Part shown: positions 1 to 12,999 of the stretch, piece after piece
Layout: every line of letters begins with the position of its first letter
Position numbering within the stretch: the first letter of the stretch is position 1
Assembly: GCA_054600435.1 (NCBI GenBank)
Contig: BAAIJX010000029.1
Location: forward strand, 124,001 to 188,000
Length of the DNA: 64,000 nt
Direction: 5' to 3'
DNA from: Neophaeotheca triangularis
Taxonomy: Eukaryota
Translations under genes and position numbers: made by a program
The notes under the pieces: generated by a model
Databases searched by the model: none
What the model saw: the letters and a program-made list of their open reading frames with translations, nothing else
What the model was told of the DNA's origin: nothing

Positions 1-1
1 C

Positions 2-712
2 CTCTGCGGCGGTCTGATCTCCTTTGAACGCACCCTGATCCCCATCTCGAAATGGACTTCAATCCCCCTCAACCCCTCCAACTTCACCCACTACCTCACC
101 TCAGGCTACTTCGAAGACTACGCCAAACTCGCCTTCACGCTCGCCGCCCGCGCCATTGACCTCTTCGCCACCTTCCGCGCCAGCGAAGGCGCCTTCGGCA
201 GCGCCTCCACCGACACAACCGCCTACGCCCAAGCTTGGCAATCCCTCTTCACAACGCTCGAAACCTGGTTCCTCCAACGACCACCCGACATGCAACCCCT
301 CACCACCGCCCCAGCAACCTCAACCTCCCCCTTCCCAACCGTCCTATATACTTCCCCCTCCGGCTTCAGCGGCAACCAATTCGCCCACACCACCGCAATC
401 CTAATGCTACAACGCAAACCCCATCGCCACCTCGCCAAACCCAACACCAACAACAACACCATCGGCAGCGGCAGCGGCAAATCCATCCTCTGGCACGCTC
501 GTCAAATCTGCGGAATTGCGCTTAGTAACGACCATCACGGCGGGTGGATGAATAGTATCCAGCCGATTTGGATTGCCGGGAAGCTCATGAGTCATCCGAG
601 CGAGCATCGGGTGCTGCTTGCTTGGTTGGAGAGGGTGGAAGGGGAGACGGGGTGGGCGACGCGGTGGCGGAGGGAGGATTTGAGGGAGTGGTGGGGTGTG
701 GGGGAAGATTGA
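2..712 (+). CDS. 3' part of a fungal-specific transcription factor (C-terminal domain of a Zn2Cys6-type regulator); 5' end outside the window
   Basis: Open frame from position 2 (LCGGLISFERTLIP...) to TGA at 710-712. It contains PFPTVLY...GNQFAHTTAILMLQ...SILWHARQICGIALSNDHHG...QPIWIAGKLMSHPSEH...LERVEGETGW, typical of these C-terminal domains. Confidence 0.7.
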   Translation, partial: LCGGLISFERTLIPISKWTSIPLNPSNFTHYLTSGYFEDYAKLAFTLAARAIDLFATFRASEGAFGSASTDTTAYAQAWQSLFTTLETWFLQRPPDMQPLTTAPATSTSPFPTVLYTSPSGFSGNQFAHTTAILMLQRKPHRHLAKPNTNNNTIGSGSGKSILWHARQICGIALSNDHHGGWMNSIQPIWIAGKLMSHPSEHRVLLAWLERVEGETGWATRWRREDLREWWGVGED

Positions 713-1099
713 GAGGGCGGGGGCGACTTGGGTTGACTGGGTTGTCACTGGGCTTTTGGAATCCGGGGTGATTGCTCTTGGATTTCGGTGAAAGAGAGTA
801 ACACGATGGAAAGAGCGGAGGAGAGAGAGAGAGAGAGATGATGATGGAACGAGACAGAACAAGCGGCGATTGCCAGAGAGGCTGCAACAGTATGCCTGGC
901 CTCCGCTTTACAGATGAGGACTTGTCCTCTCGCAATGTATGTATATCTTACACCAACGCATCCTCCGCGCTAACAAGCGCCCAGCGGCGTGCGCAAACTT
1001 TTTGCTTGACCCCTTGCTTGGACGTCGTAGTGTACGTGTAAAGACTCCCGGATCACGACGTCCGGACACGGCACTCGCCCCCTCCCCCTATCAATTCAC

Positions 1100-2940
1100 T
1101 CAAGCCCAAGCGATCGTCGGAACCAACTCTTCATCACTGATCCGCTGAGCAACACCCTGATACCGCCAAGCTTCAAAATAAGCCTCACCACCACCGGGAC
1201 ACCTGGTCTCACCCGCATCTCCGGCACCGTTGCAAGTGGCATAAAACCCCAACAACGTGCCCAAAAACTGTCCAACCCGGTCGGAGACGGAGGTGACGGT
1301 GACGGGGACGTAGCCGAGCAATTGTCGCGCGTTGGCGTTGCCGGAAGGCCAGGCGGAGAAGGCGTAGTGGGTTTCATTGGCGCTGTAGAGTTCGAGGGTT
1401 ATGGGCTGATCGGTTTGCGCCCAATTTTGGGGCATAGGGATGCGGGTCGTGGTGTCGCTGGTGGGGATGCGGGAGCGGGCGAGGCGAGTCGGGTCGCTGC
1501 CGTCGTAGCTGCTTTCGGCCAGGGAGGTTTGGCGGAGGAGGAAGTCGTAGTGGGCCTGCTCGTGCGTGGTGCTGTTGGAGAGGACGATGCCTAGATCAGT
1601 GTGTTGGTGTTGGGTGAGGAAGGCGGTGATTCCCGCTTCTTGGCAGGGCTGGGTGGGACGGAAGGCTAAGTCGACGCGCAAGTTGAAGTATGTGTGCGAC
1701 TGTCGGCGGCCGACGAACGGGAGACCCGCGCGCCGGTGACGCTGGCGTCATCGGTGTTGACGACACCTGTTAAGTTGACGCGCGCGGGACGGATGCGCAG
1801 GCTTTCGGGGTGTTCTTCGGGGGCCACGGTGAAGGTGCCTTCTTCGGGGTACCTGAAATGCACGAGCTGGGGAGGCAGCTGGCTTCCGGGTAGGAAGTCA
1901 ATGACGTCCCCGTCGCCCGCGAATGGCCCTTCGCCGGCAATGTCGCGGTTGGAAGGCGGGAGTGGCCAACCTTGCATGATACCCTTGATGGGATCGAAAC
2001 GGGGGTATTCGTCAAATTCCCACGTGACTGGTGTCAGGACCGTCTCCCTTCCCATGGGGTGGATGACCCATTCTGGGCCACCGCGAGTCGCCAGGCCCAT
2101 GGACCACCATTGGCCTCGGCTGTCGGTGAAAAGATCGAAATGCCCTACAGTCTGGAAATAGTTGTCCGTACCCGTCGCGCTCAGGTAGGGATTGTCCGGC
2201 CCATCTTCATAAGGGCCATAGAGATTTCGAGATCGGGCAATGGTCACGGAATGCCCGAGACTCGTACCCCCTTCGGCAATGACCAGGTAGTACCAGTCGT
2301 CTTTGATGTAGATGTGAGGGCCTTCGGGATTGGTCCCGGTTGTGCCGTTCCAGATGGACACGGGCGCCGAAACGTTGCCGCTTTCAAGATCGATCGTCTG
2401 CAACACGATACCCTAGGACACGAGATACGTGGAGCCGTCCTTGTCCCAGAACAGCTCGGGATCAATAGCCACAGGGTTCCAAGTCAGGGGATCGTCGGAC
2501 CAAGACGAGCTGTCGAAGGGGTCTGTCGTGGTGAAGATGGTGCCCAGCCCGCCAGACTCTGCGCCAGTCAAGTACAGGTTCGTCAAGAAGAAGGTACCGT
2601 CCCTGTAGCGCAAGTTGGGAGCGTAGAAACCCGACTGAAGGTCGTCCACGTTCCGATCAGCGTTGGGGAGCGGCAACTGGGATTCGCGGGTCCAGACATT
2701 ACTGGCATGCCTCCAGTTGATCAGATCTTTGCTCGCGTAGATTGGAAGTCCAGGAAAGGCGAGGAAGGTGCTGGTGGCGCAGAAATGGGTATCTTGGAAA
2801 TGGCCATCGTTGACGTAGATGCAGCTCGGGTCAGGGTTCCATCCTGGTATGGTGGGATTGAAGAAGGTTGAATTGCTCGAGCGGGAAGCCGCGACGGACG
2901 CTGCGAGAAGCTGCGCGAACAGTAGTGAAGAGCGCTTCAT
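1100..2940 (-). pseudogene. Secreted GH43 beta-xylosidase/alpha-L-arabinofuranosidase, disrupted by an in-frame TAG and a 1-nt frameshift
   Basis: Signal peptide MKRSSLLFAQLLAASVAA and GH43 motifs NPTIPGWNPDPS, FPGLPIYASKDL, FYAPNLRY, IDPELFWD, PEGPHIY, AEGGT, QTVGH, MGRETVL. There is an in-frame TAG at 2413-2415. Near 1727 the frame changes to GLPFVGRRQSHTYFN, the start of the C-terminal beta-sandwich. Confidence 0.8.
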
Positions 2941-3035
2941 GTTGTTGGGTGGGTGACCTGGATCTAGGACTGCTGAAGACGACCTTGTTCCTCGTACCTT
3001 TTGTATGCCCGGCTTGAAGCACGAAGCTACATTGC

Positions 3036-3038
<3 letters not shown>

Positions 3039-3066
<28 letters not shown>
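3039..3066. repeat. (TA)14 microsatellite about 100 bp upstream of the GH43 start
   Basis: Read directly from the sequence. Confidence 0.95.
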
Positions 3067-3070
<4 letters not shown>

Positions 3071-3630
3071 CGTGAATTAACGCGGTGGAGCCCAAAGAAT
3101 CGATTTCCATTGCTCAAAAGATGATTTAGCCGGGTTGGCCGGGAGTAGATGTCGCCATCACCCAGCAACCCGGTTTCTTCATGTTTAGCACCCGTGGGCG
3201 TCCGGGTCTAGGTAGAGGTAAGTAGCAGACGTGACGGTGGAGGTTCCATCCGGAAGAATTGCCCGCTTAAACAATAAAGACTTCCACACGGCTTCTGCAA
3301 GCGACATGCTAATTAGTTGTACCCGTGGACAGCTTTTAACCATCATCGGTCCAGATTGAAGTTTGATGTCAAGTCTTCTTCTTTCGGTCCTAATTAAGTT
3401 TCGTATTCTATCAGCCACAGCACGCTTGACGAAACGCTCAACCCGAATCGGCCGAGCCCTAACCCATTGCCCCGTATTTCCCAAGCAGAAGGAAAAGGGG
3501 TTGTAGTAGTGTATAGTATGTACAATTACATTGGAGGTGCTTTAGCCGAAAATGGAAGCAATGGATGTCCTTCCTCCCGAGAGCACGCGAACGCTAAAAA
3601 CATTTGGTAGCAAGCAACAGGAGATCCCGC

Positions 3631-5313
3631 TCAATGAGAATGGCCATGCCCATCATGCCCGTCATCCTTCTTGCCATTGCCGATTTCAGGCGCAGGCGAG
3701 CAGCAGCTCTTGCCCTCGCCGCAGTCGTCGCCGCACTCGAGCAAGCAAGCATCAGGCTCACGCACCGAACCGGCTTTACTAGCATCACGGCTAGCGAAGC
3801 GCGACTGGCCGCCCTCGCCGTCGGAAGAGTCGTGAGCCGCGTCGCCACCAGCCGCGCTGACGTGATCGTGCTCCGGGTCGAGACAGAACTCCGGCTGGAT
3901 AGTCGATGAGTGCACGCCGTACTCGTGCAAGCAGCGGCGGATGGCTTGGGCGAGCTGCATGTAGCGGGCGCTGCCGTGACCTTGGAAATCAAAAGCGACT
4001 TGTACGTGGAGTGAGGCGACGAGTTTGGTGTCGCTTAGTTGCCAGACATGGAGATGGTGGCAGGAGACAATGCCTGGGAGGTCTTGAATGTCGTCTTTGA
4101 TGTCGTCGATGCTGATGCCAGCCGGGACGGCTTGGAGGAGGATGCGTGAGGCGGCCTTGCAGAGCGGGATGGCGGAGCCAAGGATGATGATTGTGATGAT
4201 TAGGGAGATGGCTGGGTCGGAGTAGAACCGCCAGGAATAATCGGTTAGCCAGATGAAGAGCGCCGAAGCGATGACGCCGATGTTGCCGAGTGCATCGCCC
4301 ATGACGTGCAGGAAGACTCCACGCATGTTGAGATCGCCGTGAGAATGACCATGGCCGCCTTTGTTAGCTTCCTTGGGCTGGTTGTGTTTGTGGTCATGGT
4401 GGTCGATGGATTTGCGCTTGGTGGAGCCGTAGCTGGCGTGGGCGTGTTTGTCCTTGCCGGGGATGAGAGGTTGCTGTTGGGACTCATGCCTATGTGTATC
4501 ATCTTCGTCGTGCTCATCTTCAAGTGCGTTGGTGTCTTCGTCAGACTCGAGTGCGTCTAGACGACTCGCGTCGATGATGGATTTGCGGAATGCGCCTGGG
4601 TTGACGTGGATATCGTCGAAGCCCGAGTAACCCCTCGAGCGAGAGCTGTTCCTCCGCTTGCCAAATCTCGAAGCCCTCCTCCCAGCCGCAAGAGACCCGT
4701 TCTCAACAGCAGTCGCCTCGTTCTCCGCTTGCTGAGCACCAGTGCTCGGCCAAGCTCCAATCCTGTTCTGCGGTAACACATCCACGACATTCCCAGACTG
4801 ATCGGCGGCGGCACTTGTGTCAGCACGAGCGTGCAAGTGAGAGTGCCCTTCCTCGGCGTCCTTGACTCCATCTCCATGTCCGTGACTGTGCCCGCCATGA
4901 CTGTGACCGTGATCATGAAACAAGAAAAGACCCAAAATGTTACTCGCCAAGCCCAAGCATCCCACAATAAGCACAAGTTTTGGTTGTGAGACCTCTTGCG
5001 GCTCCACGAAGCGCTGGATAGCGTCGAGGAAGATGGTGACGCAGAGCGCGACGAGAAAGACACCGTTGACCAGCGCACCTAACGTCTCCGCGCGTTGCCA
5101 GCCGTAGGTGTAGGTTTTGGAGTTGGTCTTGCGGTTGGCGACTTTGACGGCCCAGAGACCCACGCATAGCGAGAGGACATCGTTGAGCATGTGGAAGGAG
5201 TCGGCTACGAGGGCGAGGGAGTGGACCGTGTAGCCGACGGTCAGTTCGAGGAGGAAGAAGGCGCAATCGATGGCCAGGAGAATAGAAATGCGGGTGGATT
5301 TAGAGAGACCCAT
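3631..5313 (-). CDS. ZRC1: Cation diffusion facilitator zinc/cobalt transporter (Zrc1/Cot1 family)
   Basis: Motifs SLALVADSFHMLND, TYGWQRAETLGALVNGVFL and NMRGVFLHVMGDALGN, His-rich loops, and a C-terminal HHLHVWQL. Likely start is MGLSKSTRI at 5313. Confidence 0.92.
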   Translation of the reverse strand: MGLSKSTRISILLAIDCAFFLLELTVGYTVHSLALVADSFHMLNDVLSLCVGLWAVKVANRKTNSKTYTYGWQRAETLGALVNGVFLVALCVTIFLDAIQRFVEPQEVSQPKLVLIVGCLGLASNILGLFLFHDHGHSHGGHSHGHGDGVKDAEEGHSHLHARADTSAAADQSGNVVDVLPQNRIGAWPSTGAQQAENEATAVENGSLAAGRRASRFGKRRNSSRSRGYSGFDDIHVNPGAFRKSIIDASRLDALESDEDTNALEDEHDEDDTHRHESQQQPLIPGKDKHAHASYGSTKRKSIDHHDHKHNQPKEANKGGHGHSHGDLNMRGVFLHVMGDALGNIGVIASALFIWLTDYSWRFYSDPAISLIITIIILGSAIPLCKAASRILLQAVPAGISIDDIKDDIQDLPGIVSCHHLHVWQLSDTKLVASLHVQVAFDFQGHGSARYMQLAQAIRRCLHEYGVHSSTIQPEFCLDPEHDHVSAAGGDAAHDSSDGEGGQSRFASRDASKAGSVREPDACLLECGDDCGEGKSCCSPAPEIGNGKKDDGHDGHGHSH

Positions 5314-5867
5314 GATGCCGAGGTAATGCGTGGTATAGCTGCGATTGAGTGGGATCAAGGAGGTGTGAGCAGGGCTCGCAAGGGAAGCTTGCTCAGTCCT
5401 CGCTGGCGGGATTGGGAAGATCCTGACAGGGTCGGGCGGTTGGCCTTTTTTCACTATCAGCGTTGTATTAAAGGTCCGGCGATAGTGGCAAACATGTCGC
5501 GTAGCGAAATCAACAAGGAGAGGATGAAGAGAGTGTTTGTGAGATGGTGGAGGAGGGGGAGGAATGACGAAAGAAAATAGAGAAGGTACAAGTAAAAGGT
5601 ACAGTAAGGTGCCTTATAGGGTGTGCCGGCATCGGTTGTGGGGCAAACAAAGCTTACAAAGTCATGAAGATAAGATGGATAACTACTATATACCTGGCAC
5701 TCCGACTCTCTACATTAGACGACATTACCTTATTAGTTTTCCGTCCATGAGCTACCGTGCTCCCTTGCGCGACCGTGAAAACCAAGTGCACCGCGTGCAC
5801 GATATTAAGGTATGACCTTTGCACCTCGCCGCGACCCACTCAATCTCATGCTCGGTGTTGAATTTTG

Positions 5868-6594
5868 ATGAAGCACCGACCTCGAGATGAGGTCTCCGGC
5901 GGAGGTACGCCTGGACCACGGTCAACCAGCCGCAACAGCACCATCCCCGAGCCAGAACCCGCCCACCTCAACCCAGAGCACCACGGCAGTGACGACGAGC
6001 GAGAAGCAACCGAACTCCGCGACACCTCCCATCTTTCGCGTCCCGAGCACCAACCTCCGCAGCAGCAGCACTGGTACACCCCTGTGCAGCAATTCTGGCG
6101 ACACCAAATCCAGCTATCCGTCCCGCACGTCGACTGCCGCGACCACCTTGGTAGGCACCGCAACCACCCACTACATCCAGTCACCATGCCGTCTAACACC
6201 CCGCCCCCTCAGCAAACGAACGCACTTTCCTAGGCTACCTGCGCACCTCCGTCGCTCTCGCCATCATCGGCGCCGTCATCGCGCAACTCTATCGCTTGCA
6301 GAATCCGCTCCCAGAGGCTGGCTTTGGGTACTATGGCGTCGGTAGACCGCTGTCGGCAGTGTTTCACTGCTCCGCGCTGGGGGTGACGCTGATGGGAGCC
6401 TGGAGGTTTTGGCAGCAGCAGAGCGCCATGGCTGTCGGGAAAGTGCATGCCGGTGGTTGGGAGGTTTTGGTCGTTATGGGTTGGTCGATTGTGGTGAGTT
6501 TATTTGACATGAGTTGATGTGGGGGTTGGGTGCTGATTCTGTTTGGGTGCAGCTTGTTGGATTCGTGTTCGTGCTGCACTTGGTGCTGGAATGA
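5868..6594 (+). CDS. DUF202-domain membrane protein, 3 exons (introns about 6151-6213 and 6494-6552)
   Basis: Splicing restores CRDHL/ANERTFLGYLRTS (DUF202 signature) followed by hydrophobic helices. Both introns are GT...CTAAC/CTGAT...AG; stop is TGA at 6592-6594. Confidence 0.8.
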
Positions 6595-9500
6595 TGTTGA
6601 AATCATGCCGCCATTCCGCTGGACTTTAACATCGGATTAAACCGGCCTAGTATCTATTTCCAAGGGAGGAGCGATCATCTAGTGAAGCGGTCGTGGGATG
6701 GCGTTATGGCCATCCCGCATCGACCAACCGAGCCTGCTGCCCTTGATGCTGCGGCAGTGCAACCGTATATGCGCTACTGTCATGGTGAGCTAGGAATGTC
6801 CCTTACCCAGCGAGAAACGGCCGGCCATCGGAGACAGCAACAGACTCCAAAGGCAATCAATGCTTTCTTGATTGGGGGACAGGGCGATCTCGACATTGTT
6901 GGCTTACCTTTTCGACTAGGAAGCAGGTTTCGGTTTCTATTTGCAAATGAGTCGAGGTGAACAAAGACGAGATGCTGTTGCCCGGCGTCATCTCGAAAGG
7001 AGAAATAAATGACCTCCGCCGTCGCCAGCAACTCAAAGCGGAAGTCTACTTACCAAGCCTCCGCAAATCATATCCAACGAGCGAAGGTTAGTTGTGCAAG
7101 TGTAATAGCTGAGTCAATATGGAAGAAAGACGACGCCTGACCTGGTCACCCAGCTATTGCTGAATCGACCTTGACTCACTGTACTCTGGTCTTCTGCACT
7201 GCTCGAAAACAACGCATGAATGACGACGTGCTTCACCATCACATAGACTCTTTAGGCGCTGGTCGTGGAATGCCGCTTTGGGCCTATGAGTGCAATGACA
7301 CCCAGCACAAGCCATAGACTCCCCACGGGAGCCAATGCGAGTGTGCTGCATCCTATTTCCCAGTAACCCTACCGCGACCAATCTCGAGAACTCGGTGTTG
7401 GTCCCCCCCAAGACATCCAGATCGATGTCTCCCGAGCGGCGTCAGAGCCAGTGGCCTGGTTTCGACCAGCCACAAGACTTCCTAGGGAACTCGTAGCGAG
7501 TGGCAAGTTGTGGAAGGGGAACGCTGAGGGCCTGACAATGTAGATTCCAAGCAACTCGGTCGGGTCGTCGCTGCTCATCGCCTGCCGAGTCGTTCTCCAA
7601 TGGTGGCCTATTGATTGTATAGATGATCTAGCAAAGCCTCGTTCGTTGTGCAATGTAGTGAACACAGCCGCTGTCCTCTTCTGCAACCTCAGTTTCAAAA
7701 TACAAGTATTTCTTCTCTCGGTGTCGAGCTGGGAGGGAAAGTATAGCGCAGCCCGAAGTGCGCAGTAGCGGGAGGCCCATTGTATCTAGCCGTGATGGTA
7801 CTGTCCGGGGACGCTTCCAGTTCTAAAGCTCGTGCTTGGATTGCCACGGTTGAGATTGGAGCGAGCGCATCTCTCCGCAGACGGCTACTCAGCAAGCACG
7901 GTACGAGCTGTCCCTTCGCAGAGCGAATACGGTCGATCGTTCCGAAGGCAACGTGACGCACGCCATCAAGCCGATAGAAAGGTCGTCGCTTTCAAAAGAA
8001 CGACAACGACTCACTACCCGATCTCGCGGCTGATTAGCACTTGGAGTTTTATCAGCCCTGCCTCTCAACCTACACCAACAATTTCGAAACGGCTATAAAG
8101 CAAGCAACCGACAGACGATTCCACGCAAGGCCAGCTCGCAACTAACGCCCCTCCGCCCTCAACAATATCCACGTGGTTTGGTGCAATATCCAGCAGCTCG
8201 AGGCGTTCATCCGCCTTGCGGCAACGCGCTCCAACACGTGATGCTCACCCCATGCGTGCGGCCGATCGCTAAGGAACGCGTTGGGATCCTTTATACAATT
8301 TATTGCTTAAGCGAGTCGGAGGCGTTGCGTGGGGCGGGCCACTTTTCCCGACCAGGTACGAGAGCCGAGGGAGTGGTGTTACCGCTGTCTGCTCACTACC
8401 ACTATTATCACTACTTATCCAGCCGGTGGTGTCCAGGGTTTTCAGAGCCGGGATAAGGCTGATGGGTTTTGTTCGTGGTCGGCATAGTAGGAAGTGCCCT
8501 TGTTCATAAGATCTGCTGATGAAAGGTATCGCTTTGGACGTTCGAAACTTCGATTGCATGCGTTTGTGTTTGATGCTATGCAGCCGTTTTGATGTTTCGT
8601 TTCGAAAAGTCACTTTGTTCAAATTAAAGGTACGGTATCTGTAGGTGGTTGATTGACTGTGTTCCAAGGCGGAAGGAGTGTTGGATTCTCCCGCGCAGTA
8701 GCGGTTCATATATCGCATTCGCAAGTCGACGTTGATGGCTGCGGATTCAGGGTCGCTGGCATTCCTTCCGCGTGGACTTACCTGGAGCTAATCGATTGCC
8801 TTAGGCCCCTTTCGATCAAGTCGTAGCCTTGTTGGGAGCAAACCTCACCCGTCAAGTTCAAAGATGAGAGGACGGCAACATGATTCCTTCAAGCTCGCGT
8901 GCCAATGAGAAGGCTTACACATGCGGCCAGCTCTTTGACTGGCTGTGGATTTATGGGGTCCGGGTAACCCTACCGAGCTAATGGGAACCGAGGCGTTGAT
9001 CTGTGCACGTCTGTGTCAGGGGTATGATGTATTGTGGATGCGCACATTCGCCCAAGCTGGTGAAATAGGCTTTGACTGAAGAGTCAAGATATAAGGTCTC
9101 GATGAGTTGGACGCATTGAGGCTTGGTGTTGATATCTTGTGATGTTTCTTTCTGGTGCAGTGTTTTACCAGTACAAGGCGGGAGATTGGTGACCAGATTG
9201 GCAGATCCCCTTTTCGGTCTCATGATTAATGGCGCAACAGGATCCGAGGCAGATTGAGTTGCGGTGGCCTTTGTGACGGGAAACGGTGAGGTTTCGATGA
9301 CCGCAGAGAATAAATGCTAATGCCTGCAGTTCGATTCGACGGAAGTGCGCCGACCACGGCCGACCTTCAGCTTCGGATCACAGACTTGCTGATATAGGCT
9401 GTATCATTGCCGCAAACGACGGAGGATGGGGCGCACTTCGCTGGCGATCACGCACAATTTTCCCTTGCCAATGTTGCTCGTATCTTTCCGAACAGGAAGG

Positions 9501-11040
9501 TGGGACACACACCTCGTGGGGAATCGGGATCAGGATGTCTCATCAATCTGGAAGGGGCCAGATTCCATGTAGATAGAACATTCAGGGGCGTGAATATGAT
9601 CCAAGCGTCAGGAAAAACTGATGATCCTCCGCTTGTCTCGAGCAATTGATTGCAATCACTACCTGACAAATGGAAAGCTTTCCTTTTCCGAGCGGCGCGC
9701 GGTCAAAGTCTTGTCCAAGCTCAGCAACTCCTAGAGACGGCCACGGACGACTGGCTTTCGGTGCCTGGCGTACCGCGTAAGGCCCACTTTTGGTGGGAGC
9801 TTGCACTGTGACGCTGCTGCGCAGTTGTTCTCTGTACGACCGTTAAGTGGTAGTAGGAAATTTCTGAGTGTCGACCACTGGATATCTGTGAAGACGTTTT
9901 GACAGGGATCTGCCCCGCGCGCATACGAACTCTGTTGCTCGGCACTGTACTTAGCGTGCTCGTGCGTGCTGTACCTGAGCAGCCAAGCAGAGGCTAAAGC
10001 AGGGCAATGATCCGACTGCACCAACGCGACAGCGCGGCTCAGCGCAGAGCTTCCCGCCAGCCTGTGTCGTGAACAAAGGGATTGCGGAGAGTCCTAGAGG
10101 CCAACAGCAGCGGCCTAGTCGCCAGGTTGGCGGACTCGGACGACCCAAGCAGGACGTCTCACGCTCAATCGCCAACTCAACCACTACTCAGATAAAGTCT
10201 TGATCCCGCGTACAAGAAGGATGCGGTCGTCTTTAAGTGCTGCGACTGGTGCGTCTGCAAAGGCGCTGGCGCCTCACGCCCGCCAAAGGTTGCCCTTGGA
10301 GGATTGCCGACGATCCCCTGTGATCCTGGTAGCAGTAGTGCAGGTGGTTCATGGCGGCCACTGCGGCCCTATCTTCTGCTGCAAGGGCAGTCTGGGAAGC
10401 TCCTCGCGTGGCCAGTGGCACTAGTCGACCTGCATATCTGCATGTCTACGGCGGCGTTGGGTCTGGTTCTGCTCGAGCGTGCTCTTCTTTTCTGGCATTG
10501 TTAGGACGTAAGTCGCCCTCTGATCTCATCCATCTGTATTATCTTTCTGTACATTCAACAGCGCTTGCTTTCCTTTTTCCTGAATACGGGCAGACCATCT
10601 CTCTTTTCGTCACTAGCATCGATAGTCTACGTCGGACGAAAGCCAACGCCACCACTCGTCTTACCACACCTCGCGAGCGCCGCTGCGACCATCGGGTGTG
10701 AGGACTTCCGGATCGTCGACATACGGAAACCGTTTGGATTGGAGGTGGAAGAGAGGAAGGCGAGACGTCGAAACAGAGAAAATTCCCCATGACCTGACGT
10801 TAAGATATCTCTTTGTCCAAACGGGAAGGCACGATGCTTTGAGCGGGGGTACCTTCTTCAAATGCGCCTTCGAAACCAACGTCACCTCTTCCCGGGCACC
10901 TGTAGCCCTCGCCTATAACGACGTTCATCCTCTATAACGACATCTATCACGATACCCCTCACAACGATACCCCCCAACCACCCCCAGCAACATTACACCT
11001 CTCTCACATCGAGTCGACGGTTGCTTCTCTAGTCTCTGAC

Positions 11041-12999
11041 ATGGCTGGCAACTCATCAGCCCTCGTGGGCGACTGTATCCCTCCTTTTCTGGATGCCTCT
11101 CTGTTTCCCCAGGAAGGCGGATGTAGGTCGCTATACTGATCTTCTGCTCATTCTACCGGACTTCATGCTAACCCCGCTGGCACAGTCGTCTCAGGAAGAT
11201 TATGTGCTCCCATAGAAGGACTCGATGGGGATCCCCTATGTTGTCTGCCTTGCCCAACTGCGGACTGGGTGTACCCCGACAGTTTTTCAACTTACAATAT
11301 CGTTGCCGAATGGCTTAACGTCGTCGGCCTAATGCTGATGGTCTTTTTGCTAACATCGTACATCTTCTTGCCGGCACAAAAGACGAGAAGTCACTACCTA
11401 AGCGTCTGCCTGGTAGTCGCCGTGATCATGTTATGTCTCGGCTTCACGATACCACTGGCGGCACAACCGGACCAGTGTTACAATGAGATCACGCCCAACG
11501 ATATGTACTCCTCGATGACTTGCGCGTGGAGCGGCGCATTCATCATTGGCGGAGGGATGTGTGCTGCCATGTGGGTTCTGGTCAGAGCACTCTCGATGAA
11601 TCTCCAGATTTGTTGGGACATCGTGCCGGGGAAGAAATTCTTCTATGCCTCGCAAGCGCTTGGGTGGGGCATCCCAGGTGTCTTGTTCACGGCCACCATG
11701 ACAGTCACAGGCGTGAGCTTCCGCTTTGGAAACGAATGTCATGTGAATCACGACAACAGCATGGCTACCTTTTGGGGTCCTCTAATGGCGATCGCAGGTC
11801 TGGCGGGTATAATACAGCTCATCACTCTGGGTTACTGTATCCACGTCTACCTTAGGAATCTCTGGAGCGACCAGCCACCAACATCGACAACGGGGACAGG
11901 CTCAAACAGCGCCCTACCTTCCTACAACAATAGCGTCCGAACGCAAACTGCAAGAGCGGTATATCGACGTCTAAAGAAGGTGCTGTGGTTGCAATGGCGC
12001 GGGATATGCATAGTAAGCATTATTCTAGTGGACGTCATCTTCTTCAGCACCGTCTTTGTGTACTTGGACTCGCAAGAAAACACCTTGAGCAGCGACATTG
12101 AAAAACTCCAGCCTTGGCTTCGATGCCTAGGACAATATCCGGAGGATAATGACGAATGCGTAGACATGGTTCAAGGCTTGCTAGTAAACGAAGGAACGGT
12201 CGTAGCGGTGCTCCTCCTGCTTTCCGTCGCCGGCTTCCAAGTCTTCATCTTTTTGGTAAGACCATCGATCATGGGAGCCTGGAAAGACTTCTTTCAAACA
12301 CGCTTCGGCAAGCGTCAAGAGTTTGTATCCCTGGACGCTGCCCGACCGAGCGTTGTCCGCACAAACTCAAAGCACGAGCTCCTCCGATACGAACGAGGCC
12401 ACCAAAGCACGACCTTTGAGATGCAACAACCCAACTCCCGAGAACCACCCGCCCACGTCCCAGGCTTCGACTGGGATACTAAGGAGTTCACCTGCAGCCC
12501 AACCCAAACGGTCCTCAGCACCCCCGACGAAACCTACCGCTCACCCGTAACCCGCACCCGCAACTCTCCTGACTTCAGCACAAGCCACGATACTAAATTC
12601 AGCCTCGCCGACTCCACCCACAACACATTGAACCGCAGCCGCTTTGCCGCGGAAACGACACCAGAAGTCAGGAGCGCCCCCATCTCTCCACCCACAACCC
12701 GCCACAACCACCCTCCCGACTACTTCTCCACCCACCGCCAATCCCAAACAGGCACCCATCGAACCCCCTGGGCGGCTTCCAACACGAGCAGCGGCCGTCA
12801 AAGCCACGACCGCGTCTATAAACCACCCACGTCTTCTTTCGCCCAACCCAAGACGCCCTCGCGCCAAAGCAGTGTGCGCAGCCCCGGCATCGATGTCCGT
12901 GAATTGCGGGACGCGGGCTACGCGCGCGGCGGGCTGGGGTTGAACCCGCCTAGTGAGGTTTGGGAAGAGGAGAGCGAGGGAAAAGGAAGGTGGAGGTGA
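11041..12999 (+). CDS. Fungal 7-TM G protein-coupled receptor, GprM/MG00532-like; intron 11123-11185
   Basis: ATG at 11041; splicing gives GGF VSGRLC...CCLPCPTADWVYP. Seven hydrophobic segments and a long S/T/P-rich cytoplasmic tail follow. Confidence 0.8.

Noticed and set aside
2413..2415. Programmed stop-codon readthrough in GH43
   Set aside because: A second lesion (frameshift) in the same gene makes decay or assembly error more parsimonious.
8777..8830. ACTTACCTGG resembling the U1 snRNA 5' end, followed by GATCAAG
   Set aside because: No U1 stem-loops or Sm site follow. It is more simply a minus-strand CAG/GTAAGT or chance.
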